Shown here piece after piece: positions 18,646 through 27,135 of a stretch of 64,000 nt of DNA (its first letter is position 1; each line of letters begins with the position of its first letter). Below the pieces are notes generated by a model that was given only the letters and a program-made list of their open reading frames with translations, did no database searches and was not told the DNA's origin. Origin of the DNA: Nitrososphaerota archaeon (GTDB taxonomy: Archaea > Thermoproteota > Nitrososphaeria > PSMU01). The stretch is from assembly GCA_040290255.1 (NCBI GenBank), contig PSMU01000004.1:1-64000 (forward strand), in the 5' to 3' direction. Made by a program: the position numbers and the translations under genes.

Positions 18646-19431
18646 ATGAGGGGCAGGCTGGCGCTGCTGCGCCTGGATGCGCTAAGGCTTCATGAGCAGG
18701 TGAGCGAGCCTCTCGTGAGGAGGCTGATGGAGGAGCTGAGCTCCACGGGCCTTCAGCTGGACCCCATCATCGTCGAGGAGGGCGGGACGGTGCTGGACGG
18801 CGCGCATAGGGTCGAGGCGCTCAGGAGGATGGGCGCGAGGTGGGCGGCCTGCTACCTCGTGCGCTATGATGCCGAGGACGTGAAGGTGGGCACGTGGGCC
18901 TGGCTGCTGGCCGAGGACCCCCTGGCCAGGGCCCGGGAGCTTCGCCTCACGAAGGCCAGCGTCGGTGAGGAGGCCCTGGGCCGCGCCTACCTGCTCGTGA
19001 GGGAGGGCGAGCTGTACGTGCCCGAGGCAAGGGCCCCTGATGCAATCTCCTGGAGGGCCCAGCTCGTCAGGGCCGCGGAGCTGCTGCTGCCGCACACGTG
19101 CGGCTACGTGACGTCCCAGGAGGCCGCCTGCCGCGCCAGGATCGAGCGTATGGCCTATCTGGAGCCCCGGCTGCCGGGCAAGCGCGCCGTGCTCGAGCTG
19201 GCCTCGCGCCAGCTGCTCCTGCCGCCCAAGGTGACCAGGCACGTGGTGCAGGGGCGGCCCCTCGACATCCGCTATCCGCTTCGGGAGCTCATGCGCGAGA
19301 GCCCCAGGCAGCTGGGGCCCTTGAGCTTCAGGAGGCTGCCGCCGGGCTCCTGGTTCAGGGGTAGGTTTTATGAGGAGGAGGTGCTCGTGGCGGTGGGCGA
19401 TGATAAGGGTCAGGGCGCTGGGCTTCCTTAG
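18646..19431 (+). CDS. ParB/Srx-fold protein, SerK/SbnI-like
   Basis: LRLHE, DPIIV, VLDGAHRVEAL, LPPKVTRH. Confidence 0.7.
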   Translation: MRGRLALLRLDALRLHEQVSEPLVRRLMEELSSTGLQLDPIIVEEGGTVLDGAHRVEALRRMGARWAACYLVRYDAEDVKVGTWAWLLAEDPLARARELRLTKASVGEEALGRAYLLVREGELYVPEARAPDAISWRAQLVRAAELLLPHTCGYVTSQEAACRARIERMAYLEPRLPGKRAVLELASRQLLLPPKVTRHVVQGRPLDIRYPLRELMRESPRQLGPLSFRRLPPGSWFRGRFYEEEVLVAVGDDKGQGAGLP

Positions 19432-19663
19432 GAAGGCCCTGGGCCGGGAGGAGCTGCTGTACCCGGGAGGGATCAAGCTGGGCGAGCTGCTCAGGCGCCT
19501 GGCCCAGGAGCACGAGGCCTTCAGGCCCGAGGCCGTGCTCGCCGCCGTCAACGGCGTGGGGGCCAACGCCCTGGCCGGCGAGGAGACGGAGCTGAAGGAT
19601 GGGGATGAAGTGGCGCTGATCCCCGTGATCCACGGTGGTGGGCTTGGAGTTCGAGTTCCTTAG
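19400..19663 (+). CDS. Ubiquitin-like Urm1/SAMP (MoaD/ThiS family) protein with a C-terminal extension
   Basis: VNGV...LKDGDEVALIPVIHGG followed by GLGVRVP. Confidence 0.85.
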   Translation: MIRVRALGFLRKALGREELLYPGGIKLGELLRRLAQEHEAFRPEAVLAAVNGVGANALAGEETELKDGDEVALIPVIHGGGLGVRVP

Positions 19664-20216
19664 CCTTCAGAGGATGTATGAGCTGAGCCTGCGCCTGGCC
19701 GAGGAGGTGCTGAGGAGCGGCTACAGGCCCCAGGTGCTGCTCGCGCTGGGCAGGGGCGGCCTGGTGCCCGGCCGGCTGCTCAGCGACTTCCTGGATGTGA
19801 AGGAGCTGTATGCCGCCTCCGTGGCCTTTTACAGGGGCGTGAGGCAGCCGGGCGAGGCGCCCACCATCAGGTACATCCCCTATGAGGAGGTCAGGGGAAG
19901 GCAGGTGCTGCTCGTGGATGACGTGGCCGATAGCGGCGAGACGCTGCTGAAGGTGCTGGAGGAGGTGAAGAGGGCGGGGGCCAGGGAGGCGAGGACGGCC
20001 ACGCTCTACTACAAGCCCTGGAGCAAGTTCCGGCCGGACTACTATGTGGCCACCACCAGGGCCTGGGTGATCTTTCCTTGGGAGAGGTTCGAGGTGCTGA
20101 AGGATGTGTATGCCAAGGAGGGCAGCGGGGCGCTGGAGAAGCTGGGCTATCCCGCCACGCTCCTGAGGCGGCTGCGCCGGTTGCTGGCTGAAGGGGTTGA
20201 GGGCCAGGCTGGATAG
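19635..20216 (+). CDS. Purine (hypoxanthine/guanine) phosphoribosyltransferase
   Basis: LGRGGLVPG, VLLVDDVADSGETL, WVIFPWE; start may be TTG 19644. Confidence 0.9.
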   Translation: MVGLEFEFLSLQRMYELSLRLAEEVLRSGYRPQVLLALGRGGLVPGRLLSDFLDVKELYAASVAFYRGVRQPGEAPTIRYIPYEEVRGRQVLLVDDVADSGETLLKVLEEVKRAGAREARTATLYYKPWSKFRPDYYVATTRAWVIFPWERFEVLKDVYAKEGSGALEKLGYPATLLRRLRRLLAEGVEGQAG

Positions 20217-20733
20217 GGGGGCGTGGCTGCACGCGCTGCCGATCGAATTCCCTCCCCTGCGCGATGTGGAGGCGTTTCTCGCCGAGATGGGCGCCAGGCT
20301 CTCGCGCCCCTTTCAGTGCGTGAGGCAGGAGGCCATCGCCTCGCCGCTGCAGCTGCTCCTGGGCGCGGCGCAGGCCTATGAGGCCTGGAGGAGCGGCTCG
20401 GCCTATGCGAAGCGGCTGGAGATCGAGCTCCTGCTCAGGATAGCGGCCACTTCACAGGTGGAGGAGGCCCTGCGCCGCGTGGGGCTCAGGCCCGGCAGCA
20501 GGAGGGCCTGGCTCGTGGCCCTGAGCCTCTCCCCCCGGGCCCCCTCCACGCAGCCCCTGGCCCGCCCCCTAACGCTTTCGAGCGTGGAGCGGCCGCCGCT
20601 GGAGGGGCTGCTCAGGGCCTACGGCGTGAAGAGGGAGGCGCTCAGGGCTTATCTTCTGCTGGGCGCCGATGAGCATGATGCGCTCGCCTACCACCTCTGC
20701 GAGCTCGCCGCGCTGGAGCTAGCCAGGCGCTGA
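20197..20733 (+). CDS. cgi121: KEOPS complex subunit Cgi121
   Basis: AKRLEIELLLRIAATSQVEEALRRVGL motif. Confidence 0.75.
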   Translation: MRARLDRGAWLHALPIEFPPLRDVEAFLAEMGARLSRPFQCVRQEAIASPLQLLLGAAQAYEAWRSGSAYAKRLEIELLLRIAATSQVEEALRRVGLRPGSRRAWLVALSLSPRAPSTQPLARPLTLSSVERPPLEGLLRAYGVKREALRAYLLLGADEHDALAYHLCELAALELARR

Positions 20734-21424
20734 GGTGCCGCGCGAGCTCCTCCACGAGCGCCTCCAGGGCCTTGAGCCCTAACTCCCGGGAGGCCCCGCT
20801 CACGCTGCCTATCACTCCCGTCGCGCTGAGCTCGCCGGCCCTCCAGCGAAGCGCTTCGCCCCGGCGGGCCCTCTCCTCGAGCTGGGCAGGAGGGGGCACA
20901 TCGCCGGGCAGCGCCGAGAGCAGCGGACGGCCCAGCGCCAAGTAGAGCGAGGTCTCCGTGAGGTCCGCATGGGAGAGCGCGCCGGGCCTCGCGAAGCGTT
21001 CGAGCGCCCTCCTGGCCCACTCCTGCAGGTGCAGGGCCTTCAGCCTCAGGCGCCCCCTATATGTGGCCATAAAGCCCTCCACCTCCTCCCGGTTCCCTCC
21101 GTGGCCGTTGACGATGATCAGGCAGGGCGCCCCGCTCAGCTCCAGCGAGCTGGCGATGGAGCCGAGCAGCGCGCGCAGCAGGCCCCCCTCAAGGGCGATG
21201 GTGCCCGGGAAGCCCAGGTGCTCCTCCGAGCGGCCATAGGGCAGCGGGGGGAGCAGCGCGAGCCTTAGCCTGCCGGCGAGCCTTCGCGACACCTCCAGGG
21301 CGAGCAGCGTGTCCGTCTCCAGGGGAAGATGGGGCCCGTGCTGCTCCAGGCTGCCCAGGGGGAGCAGGGCGCCCCTGGCCAGCGCGGCCCTCGCCCTCGT
21401 CCAGGGCAGCGCGCCCAGCCTCAT
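20642..21424 (-). CDS. arfB: Creatininase-family formamide hydrolase (ArfB-like)
   Basis: PLGSLEQHGPHLPLETD, SEEH, NGHGGN, HADLTETS; last gene of the riboflavin operon. Confidence 0.75.
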   Translation of the reverse strand: MRLGALPWTRARAALARGALLPLGSLEQHGPHLPLETDTLLALEVSRRLAGRLRLALLPPLPYGRSEEHLGFPGTIALEGGLLRALLGSIASSLELSGAPCLIIVNGHGGNREEVEGFMATYRGRLRLKALHLQEWARRALERFARPGALSHADLTETSLYLALGRPLLSALPGDVPPPAQLEERARRGEALRWRAGELSATGVIGSVSGASRELGLKALEALVEELARHLSAWLAPARRARRGGRRAHHAHRRPAEDKP

Positions 21425-22098
21425 GCCAGCACCCTATAGCGCAGGTAGAGGCCCTCGCGCTCCGGCGTGAGCGCCAGCAGCTTAAGCCTGACGCCCCCTT
21501 CAACGCTGGAGGCCCCCCTCCCTCCCGCCAGCGGCTTCGCCGCCCTGCCGCCCACGATCACGGGCCTGATGAAGAGCCTGAGCTCATCCACGAGCCCCCG
21601 GCGCAGCATCGCCCAGTTCAGCTCCGAGCCCCCCTCCAGCAGCAGGCGCCTTATGCCCCTCTTCCACAGCTCGCCCAGAAGGAGCCTTAGGTCCACCCTT
21701 CTCTTACCCAGCCTTACGACCTCCGCGCCGCGGGCGCCCAGCGCCCTCACCCTCGCTTCATCCGCTTGCTGGGCCACGGCGACCAGCACGGGCCCCAGCC
21801 CCCTCGTGGCCAGCAGCCTGCTCTCGGGAGGGGTCCTCGCGCGGCTGTCCACCACCACCCTGAGCGGCGTCCTGCCCTTGGCCAGCCTCACGCTCAGCTC
21901 GGGGTCATCGGAGAGCAGCGTGCCTATGCCTATCATGATCGCATCCACGCTCGCCCTGAGCCTATGAAGGCGCCTCAGGTCCCTCGCGCTCGAAAAGCTC
22001 GAATCGCCCGCCCGCGTGGCTATCCTGCCGTCGACGGAGCAGGCCGCGGCCAGGATTACGTAGGGCCTCCTCAAGCCCTCACGGGGGCCAGGGCCCAC
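21421..22098 (-). CDS. arfC: 2,5-diamino-6-ribosylamino-pyrimidinone 5'-phosphate reductase (RibD C-terminal/Rib7 type)
   Basis: SVDGRIA, DAIMIGIGT, DDPEL, LLLEGGSELN; no deaminase domain. Confidence 0.9.
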   Translation of the reverse strand: MGPGPREGLRRPYVILAAACSVDGRIATRAGDSSFSSARDLRRLHRLRASVDAIMIGIGTLLSDDPELSVRLAKGRTPLRVVVDSRARTPPESRLLATRGLGPVLVAVAQQADEARVRALGARGAEVVRLGKRRVDLRLLLGELWKRGIRRLLLEGGSELNWAMLRRGLVDELRLFIRPVIVGGRAAKPLAGGRGASSVEGGVRLKLLALTPEREGLYLRYRVLA

Positions 22099-23288
22099 CT
22101 GCCCTCCAGCATCAGCGCCCAGACGTTCGAGGGCCCCGCCCTGTGCGCGATGGAGGCATGGGGCTGCTTCAGGGGCTCCAGCCCCGGCCTTTTGGCCAGC
22201 AGCAGCAGGTTGGCCGGCGCCCCCTCCTCCAGCCCCTCGCTGGGAAGCCCCAGCAGCTCCGCCCCTCCGAGCGTGGCCATTTTGAGCAGGGCCCTGGGCT
22301 CGGGCCCCCTTGGGCTGGCCCTCTGCAGCCTGTAGGCCTTCGAGAGGAACTCCATCTCCCTGAAGAGGTCCGGCTCGTTGACCATCACGTTATCCGTGCC
22401 CAGGCCCAGCTTCACGCCCGCCTCGAGCAGCTCCTGAAGGGGGGGAAGGCCCAGGCCAAAGGAGGCGTTGCTCCTCGGGCAGAGCACGAGCCCCACCCCG
22501 CCCTCCGCCAGGAGCCGCGCCTCCTCGGGCGCGAGGGCGGCGCCGTGGACGATAAAGCGGGGCCTGAGCTCCAGCGCCCTCTCCAGCTCATCCCTCCCCG
22601 TCAGGGCCCTCGAGGCCTCCCTCGTCATTCTCCCCTCCGCCGCGTGAAGGGCCAGCAGCGCCCCCCTCGCCATCACATAAGAAGAGAGCTCCTTCAGGGC
22701 CCTGTCGCTGTATTCGTTCACGCCGCTGAGCCCCAGGCCCTCCGCCCTCCTCAGCAGCTCCTCCACCTCCTCCCTCTGAGGGGCCTCCAGCCCCCTGGAG
22801 TTCAGGCGCACCTCCTGCTCGCTGAAGGCGATGCGGGGCCTCCCCAGCCTCACGACCCTGAGCGGGAGCCCCCTTGATGCCTCCTCGAGGAGCTGCAGGC
22901 CCTCGAGCCCTCCCTCCCTGAAGTCCGCCAGCGCGCCCACGCCATAGCTCAAGGAGCACAGGAGGGCCTCCCTCATGGCGCCCAGCAGCTCGTGGAGAGG
23001 CGCCGAGGAGAGGAGGCGATGCTTAAGGCCCTGGGGCGGCTTCACGAGCTCGTCCAGCGAGAGGCCCAGGCCCAGCTCCTTGAAGGCCGCATCGCCCAGG
23101 TGCACGTGCGCGTTCACCAGCGGCGGCAGGGCCAGCAGGCCCTCCCCCTCCAGCGTCCTTCCCGTCGCCGCCTGCCCCGTGCCGATGCTCTCTATGATCC
23201 CATCCCTGATGGTCACCGTCGCCTCGTCTTGGAACTCCAGCTCCCTGCCCCTGAGCAGGCCGATGCGGCGCAGCGTCAGCTCGCTCAC
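22071..23288 (-). CDS. Metal-dependent amidohydrolase (deaminase-like)
   Basis: NAHVHLGD, LHAAE, IVHG, CPRSN, LGTDN. Confidence 0.88.
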   Translation of the reverse strand: MSELTLRRIGLLRGRELEFQDEATVTIRDGIIESIGTGQAATGRTLEGEGLLALPPLVNAHVHLGDAAFKELGLGLSLDELVKPPQGLKHRLLSSAPLHELLGAMREALLCSLSYGVGALADFREGGLEGLQLLEEASRGLPLRVVRLGRPRIAFSEQEVRLNSRGLEAPQREEVEELLRRAEGLGLSGVNEYSDRALKELSSYVMARGALLALHAAEGRMTREASRALTGRDELERALELRPRFIVHGAALAPEEARLLAEGGVGLVLCPRSNASFGLGLPPLQELLEAGVKLGLGTDNVMVNEPDLFREMEFLSKAYRLQRASPRGPEPRALLKMATLGGAELLGLPSEGLEEGAPANLLLLAKRPGLEPLKQPHASIAHRAGPSNVWALMLEGRWALAPVRA

Positions 23289-24034
23289 AGCAGCACCACC
23301 GGGCCCCCCATGCCCTGCTTCCTGGCCCCGTCCAGGCGGCGCGTGGCCTGGGCCATCGCCTCCCTAGCTGTGGGGCCCTCGCCCAGGCCCGCCCTGAGCT
23401 CGAGCCCCGCCTCGAAGGCCGCGTCCTGCAGGGCCTTCTCGACCGCCTCCCTTGCTACATCGCCCAACAGCACAAGATAGTTGTCCCCGCCCAGGTAAAA
23501 GGTGAGCCCGCCCAGGGGCAGGAAGCGCTCCGCCAGCGTCAGGAAGAGCCTGCTGACGTGCAGCGTAGTCTCATAGGCCGAGTCCACCCTGTCCACGACC
23601 CTCTCCGTGATCCCCTTTATGTCGACGTGCAGCAGCGCGATGTGGTCCTCGCCGCCCCTCCCCTTCCAGGCGAACCTGTTCCTCTCGCCCCCCCTCGTGG
23701 GCCCCCTCTCCCTCAGCGCCAGCGAGGCCCGTCGGAGCGCGGCGGCGGGCGTGACATCGGCCCCCGCGCCCCAGCTGACCGAGAAGGGCAGGCCCCTGGC
23801 CAGCTGGGCGTGAAGCTCCCTCTGCTCCTCCAGTGGGATGCCGTTGGTGATGGCCACGAGCTCATCGAGCCTGTTGGGCAGCACGAGCCCCCCTCGGCCG
23901 GAGAGCAGGCGCTGCGCCCTGGCGTAGATGCGCGCCAGCGTGAGCTGCACGCGGTGCTCCCTGAAGCTGCCCAGCCCCAGCGTCCAGGGGCCGAAGTCAT
24001 CGAGCCTTATCACGGCCAGCCGGCAGGTCCTCAC
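23285..24034 (-). CDS. gch3: GTP cyclohydrolase III (IIa)
   Basis: DDFGPWTLGLGSFREHRVQ, RLDE, FYLGGDNY. Confidence 0.9.
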   Translation of the reverse strand: MRTCRLAVIRLDDFGPWTLGLGSFREHRVQLTLARIYARAQRLLSGRGGLVLPNRLDELVAITNGIPLEEQRELHAQLARGLPFSVSWGAGADVTPAAALRRASLALRERGPTRGGERNRFAWKGRGGEDHIALLHVDIKGITERVVDRVDSAYETTLHVSRLFLTLAERFLPLGGLTFYLGGDNYLVLLGDVAREAVEKALQDAAFEAGLELRAGLGEGPTAREAMAQATRRLDGARKQGMGGPVVLL

Positions 24035-24498
24035 TTCTCCTCCAGCGCGCGCTGCGCGGCCAGCAGCCCCAGCGCCGCGTTTACGGCCCTCTCCGCATAC
24101 TCCTCCGCCCTGGCCAGCGCCTGCTCCTCGGTCATCCTGGGCCCCGAGACGCCGAAGCCGATGGGCTTGCCGTGCTGCAGGGCCAGCTCCTGCAGCGTCT
24201 TCGCTAGGCTGAAGGCGATGACTTCATCATGGGCCGTCTCGCCCTTTATGATGGCGCCCAGGCAGACGACGGCATCCACCTCGCTCCTCCCGAGCAGGCG
24301 GCTGGCAAGCAGGGGGATGTCGAAGGCCCCCGGCGCCCTGGCCACCCATCTTACCTCGGCCCCCAGCTGCCTGGCCCTCTCGAGCGCCCTGCGCAGCATC
24401 CGCTCCGTTATGTGCGCGTTGAACTGGCTCGCCACGATGGCGAGCCGGGGCCTAGGCCCCCGCCATTTGCACGAGCTCCCTGCCCTCGACGAAGGCAT
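24031..24498 (-). CDS. ribH: 6,7-dimethyl-8-ribityllumazine synthase; start uncertain
   Basis: AIVASQFN, PGAFDIP, LGAIIKGETAHDEVI, KPIGFGVSGP. Confidence 0.92.
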   Translation of the reverse strand: MPSSRAGSSCKWRGPRPRLAIVASQFNAHITERMLRRALERARQLGAEVRWVARAPGAFDIPLLASRLLGRSEVDAVVCLGAIIKGETAHDEVIAFSLAKTLQELALQHGKPIGFGVSGPRMTEEQALARAEEYAERAVNAALGLLAAQRALEEK

Positions 24499-25135
24499 AG
24501 CCCCTCTGGTCCGCCAGCCTCCTGGCCCTCTCCTTCGGCAGCGCCCCTCCCTCCTCGGCCAGCATTTCACAGAGCACCATGGCCTTCGGCACGCCCGCGA
24601 GGGAGGCGAGGTAGATGGCCAGCTCCGTATGCCCCCTCCTCTCCTTAGGGAAGCCCTCCCTGGCGATGAGCAGGGGCACATGGCCCGGCGCCCTGAAGCT
24701 CCTCCAGAAGAGCTCCCGGGCCCGCTCGCCATCCTGCTCGGCCAGCATGGCCACCTCGCCCAGGGCCCTGATCGTCCTGCTCCTATCGACGTCCGTGATG
24801 CCCGTGAAGGTCTCCACGTGGTTCACGCTCAGCGAGAAGGCGGGCAGGTCGCCATAGGGGCGGCGCGCCAGCGTATTCCCCGCGAGCCTTTCAGCGCCCG
24901 GCCACCGCGGGCCCGCATCCAGCAGCAGCTGCAAGAGGTAAGGAAGCCCGAGCAGCCTGGAGAGCCCCGCATCGAGGGCCACGCAGATGAGCCCTCCGGC
25001 CTCCCTCCTAAGGGTTAAAATGTCCTCGGGGCGCACATAGGGCGCGGGCTTGACCATGTCCACCTCTCCCTCCCTAGAGCTATCATCGAAGAGCAGCACG
25101 AAGCCCCCGCGCCTCACCGCCTCGAGCGCATCCAT
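24452..25135 (-). CDS. ribB: 3,4-dihydroxy-2-butanone 4-phosphate synthase (archaeal type)
   Basis: FDDSSREGEVDM, TFTGITDVDR, FRAPGHV, RRGHTE, CEML. Confidence 0.93.
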   Translation of the reverse strand: MDALEAVRRGGFVLLFDDSSREGEVDMVKPAPYVRPEDILTLRREAGGLICVALDAGLSRLLGLPYLLQLLLDAGPRWPGAERLAGNTLARRPYGDLPAFSLSVNHVETFTGITDVDRSRTIRALGEVAMLAEQDGERARELFWRSFRAPGHVPLLIAREGFPKERRGHTELAIYLASLAGVPKAMVLCEMLAEEGGALPKERARRLADQRGYAFVEGRELVQMAGA

Positions 25136-25185
25136 GAGCCTAGAGGAGGGGCCTCCCCTCACCTCCGCCGGGCTCCGGCCCCTGG

Positions 25186-25233
25186 CCTTTTATATCTTAC
25201 TTAAGATTTGTTTTTTACCATGTTTTAGGTAAT
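25186..25233. promoter_or_regulatory. Divergent AT-rich promoter with palindromic operator-like sites
   Basis: TTTTATAT; ATCTTA-CT-TAAGAT (25194-25207); TTACC-N8-GGTAA (25215-25232). Confidence 0.65.
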
Positions 25234-25884
25234 ATGTTCACGGGCATCGTGGGGGAGAGGGCGCGCGTGAAGCGGCTGAGCAGGGGCCAGGAGGCGTGGT
25301 CGCTGGCGCTGGAGGGGGCCTTCGTGAAGAGAGTGCGAAGGGGCGATAGCGTCTGCGTGCAGGGCGCCTGCCTCACGGTCACGGCCAAGAGGGGCGGGGC
25401 GGCCTACTTCGACCTCAGCCCCGGCACGAGGAGAAGGACCACGCTGGGCCAGCTCAGGCCGGGCCAGGAGGTCAACATAGAGCTCAGCCTGAGGCCGGCG
25501 GACCGCCTTGGAGGGCACATCGTGCTGGGCCATGTGGACGGCGTGGGAAGGGTCAAGCGCGTGGCAGGGGGGATGCTGCTGATCGAGGCCCCCAGGCCCC
25601 TGGCCAAGTACCTCATCCCCAGGGGCTCCATCGCCGTCGACGGCGTGAGCCTGACCATCACGGCCGTCAGAGGCACCACCTTCTCCGCCAACCTAATACC
25701 CTATACGCGCCGGCGCACCACGCTGGGCCAGCTGAAGCCCGGCCAGCGCGTGAACCTCGAGGTGGACCCCCTCGCGAAGCTGGCCTATCATTATCTGGCC
25801 AGGCTCCTGCCGCGCCTGCTCCGGAGCAGCGCCAGGGCCAGGCCCAGGAGCAGGGCAGCCAGCGTGGCCGCGGCCAGCAGGTAG
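25234..25884 (+). CDS. ribE: Riboflavin synthase, bacterial/eukaryotic (alpha-chain) type
   Basis: N-terminal MFTGIV, GACLTV, GGHIVLGHVDG, GSIAVDGVSLT; internal duplication. Confidence 0.95.
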   Translation: MFTGIVGERARVKRLSRGQEAWSLALEGAFVKRVRRGDSVCVQGACLTVTAKRGGAAYFDLSPGTRRRTTLGQLRPGQEVNIELSLRPADRLGGHIVLGHVDGVGRVKRVAGGMLLIEAPRPLAKYLIPRGSIAVDGVSLTITAVRGTTFSANLIPYTRRRTTLGQLKPGQRVNLEVDPLAKLAYHYLARLLPRLLRSSARARPRSRAASVAAASR

Positions 25885-26714
25885 ACCGAGATGGGCAGGC
25901 CCAGCCCCTCGGCGATCGTGCTGAGGCCCAGGAAGATCAGCACGAGGCCCAGCAGCCTGTTTAGGTCCGGCAGCCTGAGCAGCGCCAGCTCCACGAGCGA
26001 GTAGATGGAGCGGAGCCCCACCACGGCCATCACGTTCGAGGTGTAGGCGATCAGCAGGTCCTCCGTGAGCACGAGCACGGCGGGCACGGAGTCGAGCGCG
26101 AAGATAAAGTCCGTGGCCTCCAGCGCGAGGATGGCCAGCAGGAGGGGGGTGGCCCTTATCCTGCCCTCCTGCCGCACCAGCAGCCTGCTGCCCGTAGACC
26201 CTTGGGCCAAGGGGAGCCTGGCCCTGAGCCAGCCCAGGATGCCGCCCGCTCGGTCCCGCCCGCCCTCCCCTCGCCACAGCGCCCAGCCGGTATACGTGAG
26301 CAGCAGGCCCAGCGCGGGCAGCGCCCACCAGAAGGCCTCCAGCAGCAGGAGGCCTCCATAGATGAAGGAGGCCCTCATGAGCACCGCCCCCATGATGCCC
26401 GCGTAAAGGGCCAGGGGCCTCAGCTCCCTAGGAGTGCCCAGGGCCTGGAAGATGGCCGCGAAGACCAGCAGGTTGTCCACGCTGAGCATGTACTCCACGG
26501 CATAGGAGGAGAAGTAGAGCAGCGCGCCGCCCGGGCCGCTGAGCGAGGCTACCACGGAGCCCACGAGCGCCCCCGCCAGCAGCCAGAGCGCGAGCCAGGC
26601 CAGGCCCTCCCGCGCGCCCATCGGGCCCCTTCTCCTGAGGCCGGCGCCCAGGTCGAGCGCTATGAGCGCGCCCACGCTTACGTGGAAGAGCACCCAGAAG
26701 GCTAGGCTGGCCAC
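25791..26714 (-). CDS. TerC/Alx family membrane protein
   Basis: EYMLSVDNLLVF, DFIFALDSVPAV, TSNVMAVVGLRSIY. Confidence 0.93.
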   Translation of the reverse strand: MASLAFWVLFHVSVGALIALDLGAGLRRRGPMGAREGLAWLALWLLAGALVGSVVASLSGPGGALLYFSSYAVEYMLSVDNLLVFAAIFQALGTPRELRPLALYAGIMGAVLMRASFIYGGLLLLEAFWWALPALGLLLTYTGWALWRGEGGRDRAGGILGWLRARLPLAQGSTGSRLLVRQEGRIRATPLLLAILALEATDFIFALDSVPAVLVLTEDLLIAYTSNVMAVVGLRSIYSLVELALLRLPDLNRLLGLVLIFLGLSTIAEGLGLPISVYLLAAATLAALLLGLALALLRSRRGRSLAR

Positions 26715-26744
26715 GCCCGGGCATGTGGAGGGGCCAAGATAAGC

Positions 26745-27065
26745 CTAGGGCCACCCTGCCAGGAGCTGGCGCAGCTCCCTGAGGGCCTTGAGCTCCTGGG
26801 CCAGGTCGCTCAGCCCGGCGCGGTCCCCCCTCCTCAGCAGCAGCCCCAGGGCCATCACGCAGACGCCGGCCACCTCGCTGGCCACGGGCTCGGGGCTCAC
26901 GAGCAAAAGGGCGCCCAGCCTTATCAGGCGCCCGCCGCGCCTCCTGCTGAGCATCGCCGGCCTGGTGGCCTGCGTGGCGCCCTTCAGGGCGCCCCTGAGC
27001 TCAACGGCCACGCGCGGCAGCTCGGGCCCCCGGTGCGCTAAGCCCTCGAGCCCCTCCTTCAACAT
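26745..27065 (-). CDS. Hypothetical small membrane-associated protein
   Basis: ATG 27065; hydrophobic hairpin LIRLGALLLVSPEPVASEVAGVCVMALG; fills the gap between flanking genes. Confidence 0.55.
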   Translation of the reverse strand: MLKEGLEGLAHRGPELPRVAVELRGALKGATQATRPAMLSRRRGGRLIRLGALLLVSPEPVASEVAGVCVMALGLLLRRGDRAGLSDLAQELKALRELRQLLAGWP

Positions 27066-27135
27066 GCCCCCCACGCGGGCCCCAAGAAAATGGGCTATGT
27101 GAAGCGGCGCGCACAGGCTGGTAAAGGCCCTTTGG

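Noticed and set aside
18646-19431. Chromosome-partitioning ParB
   Set aside because: No HTH or adjacent ParA; the C-terminal motif fits SerK/SbnI-like kinases better
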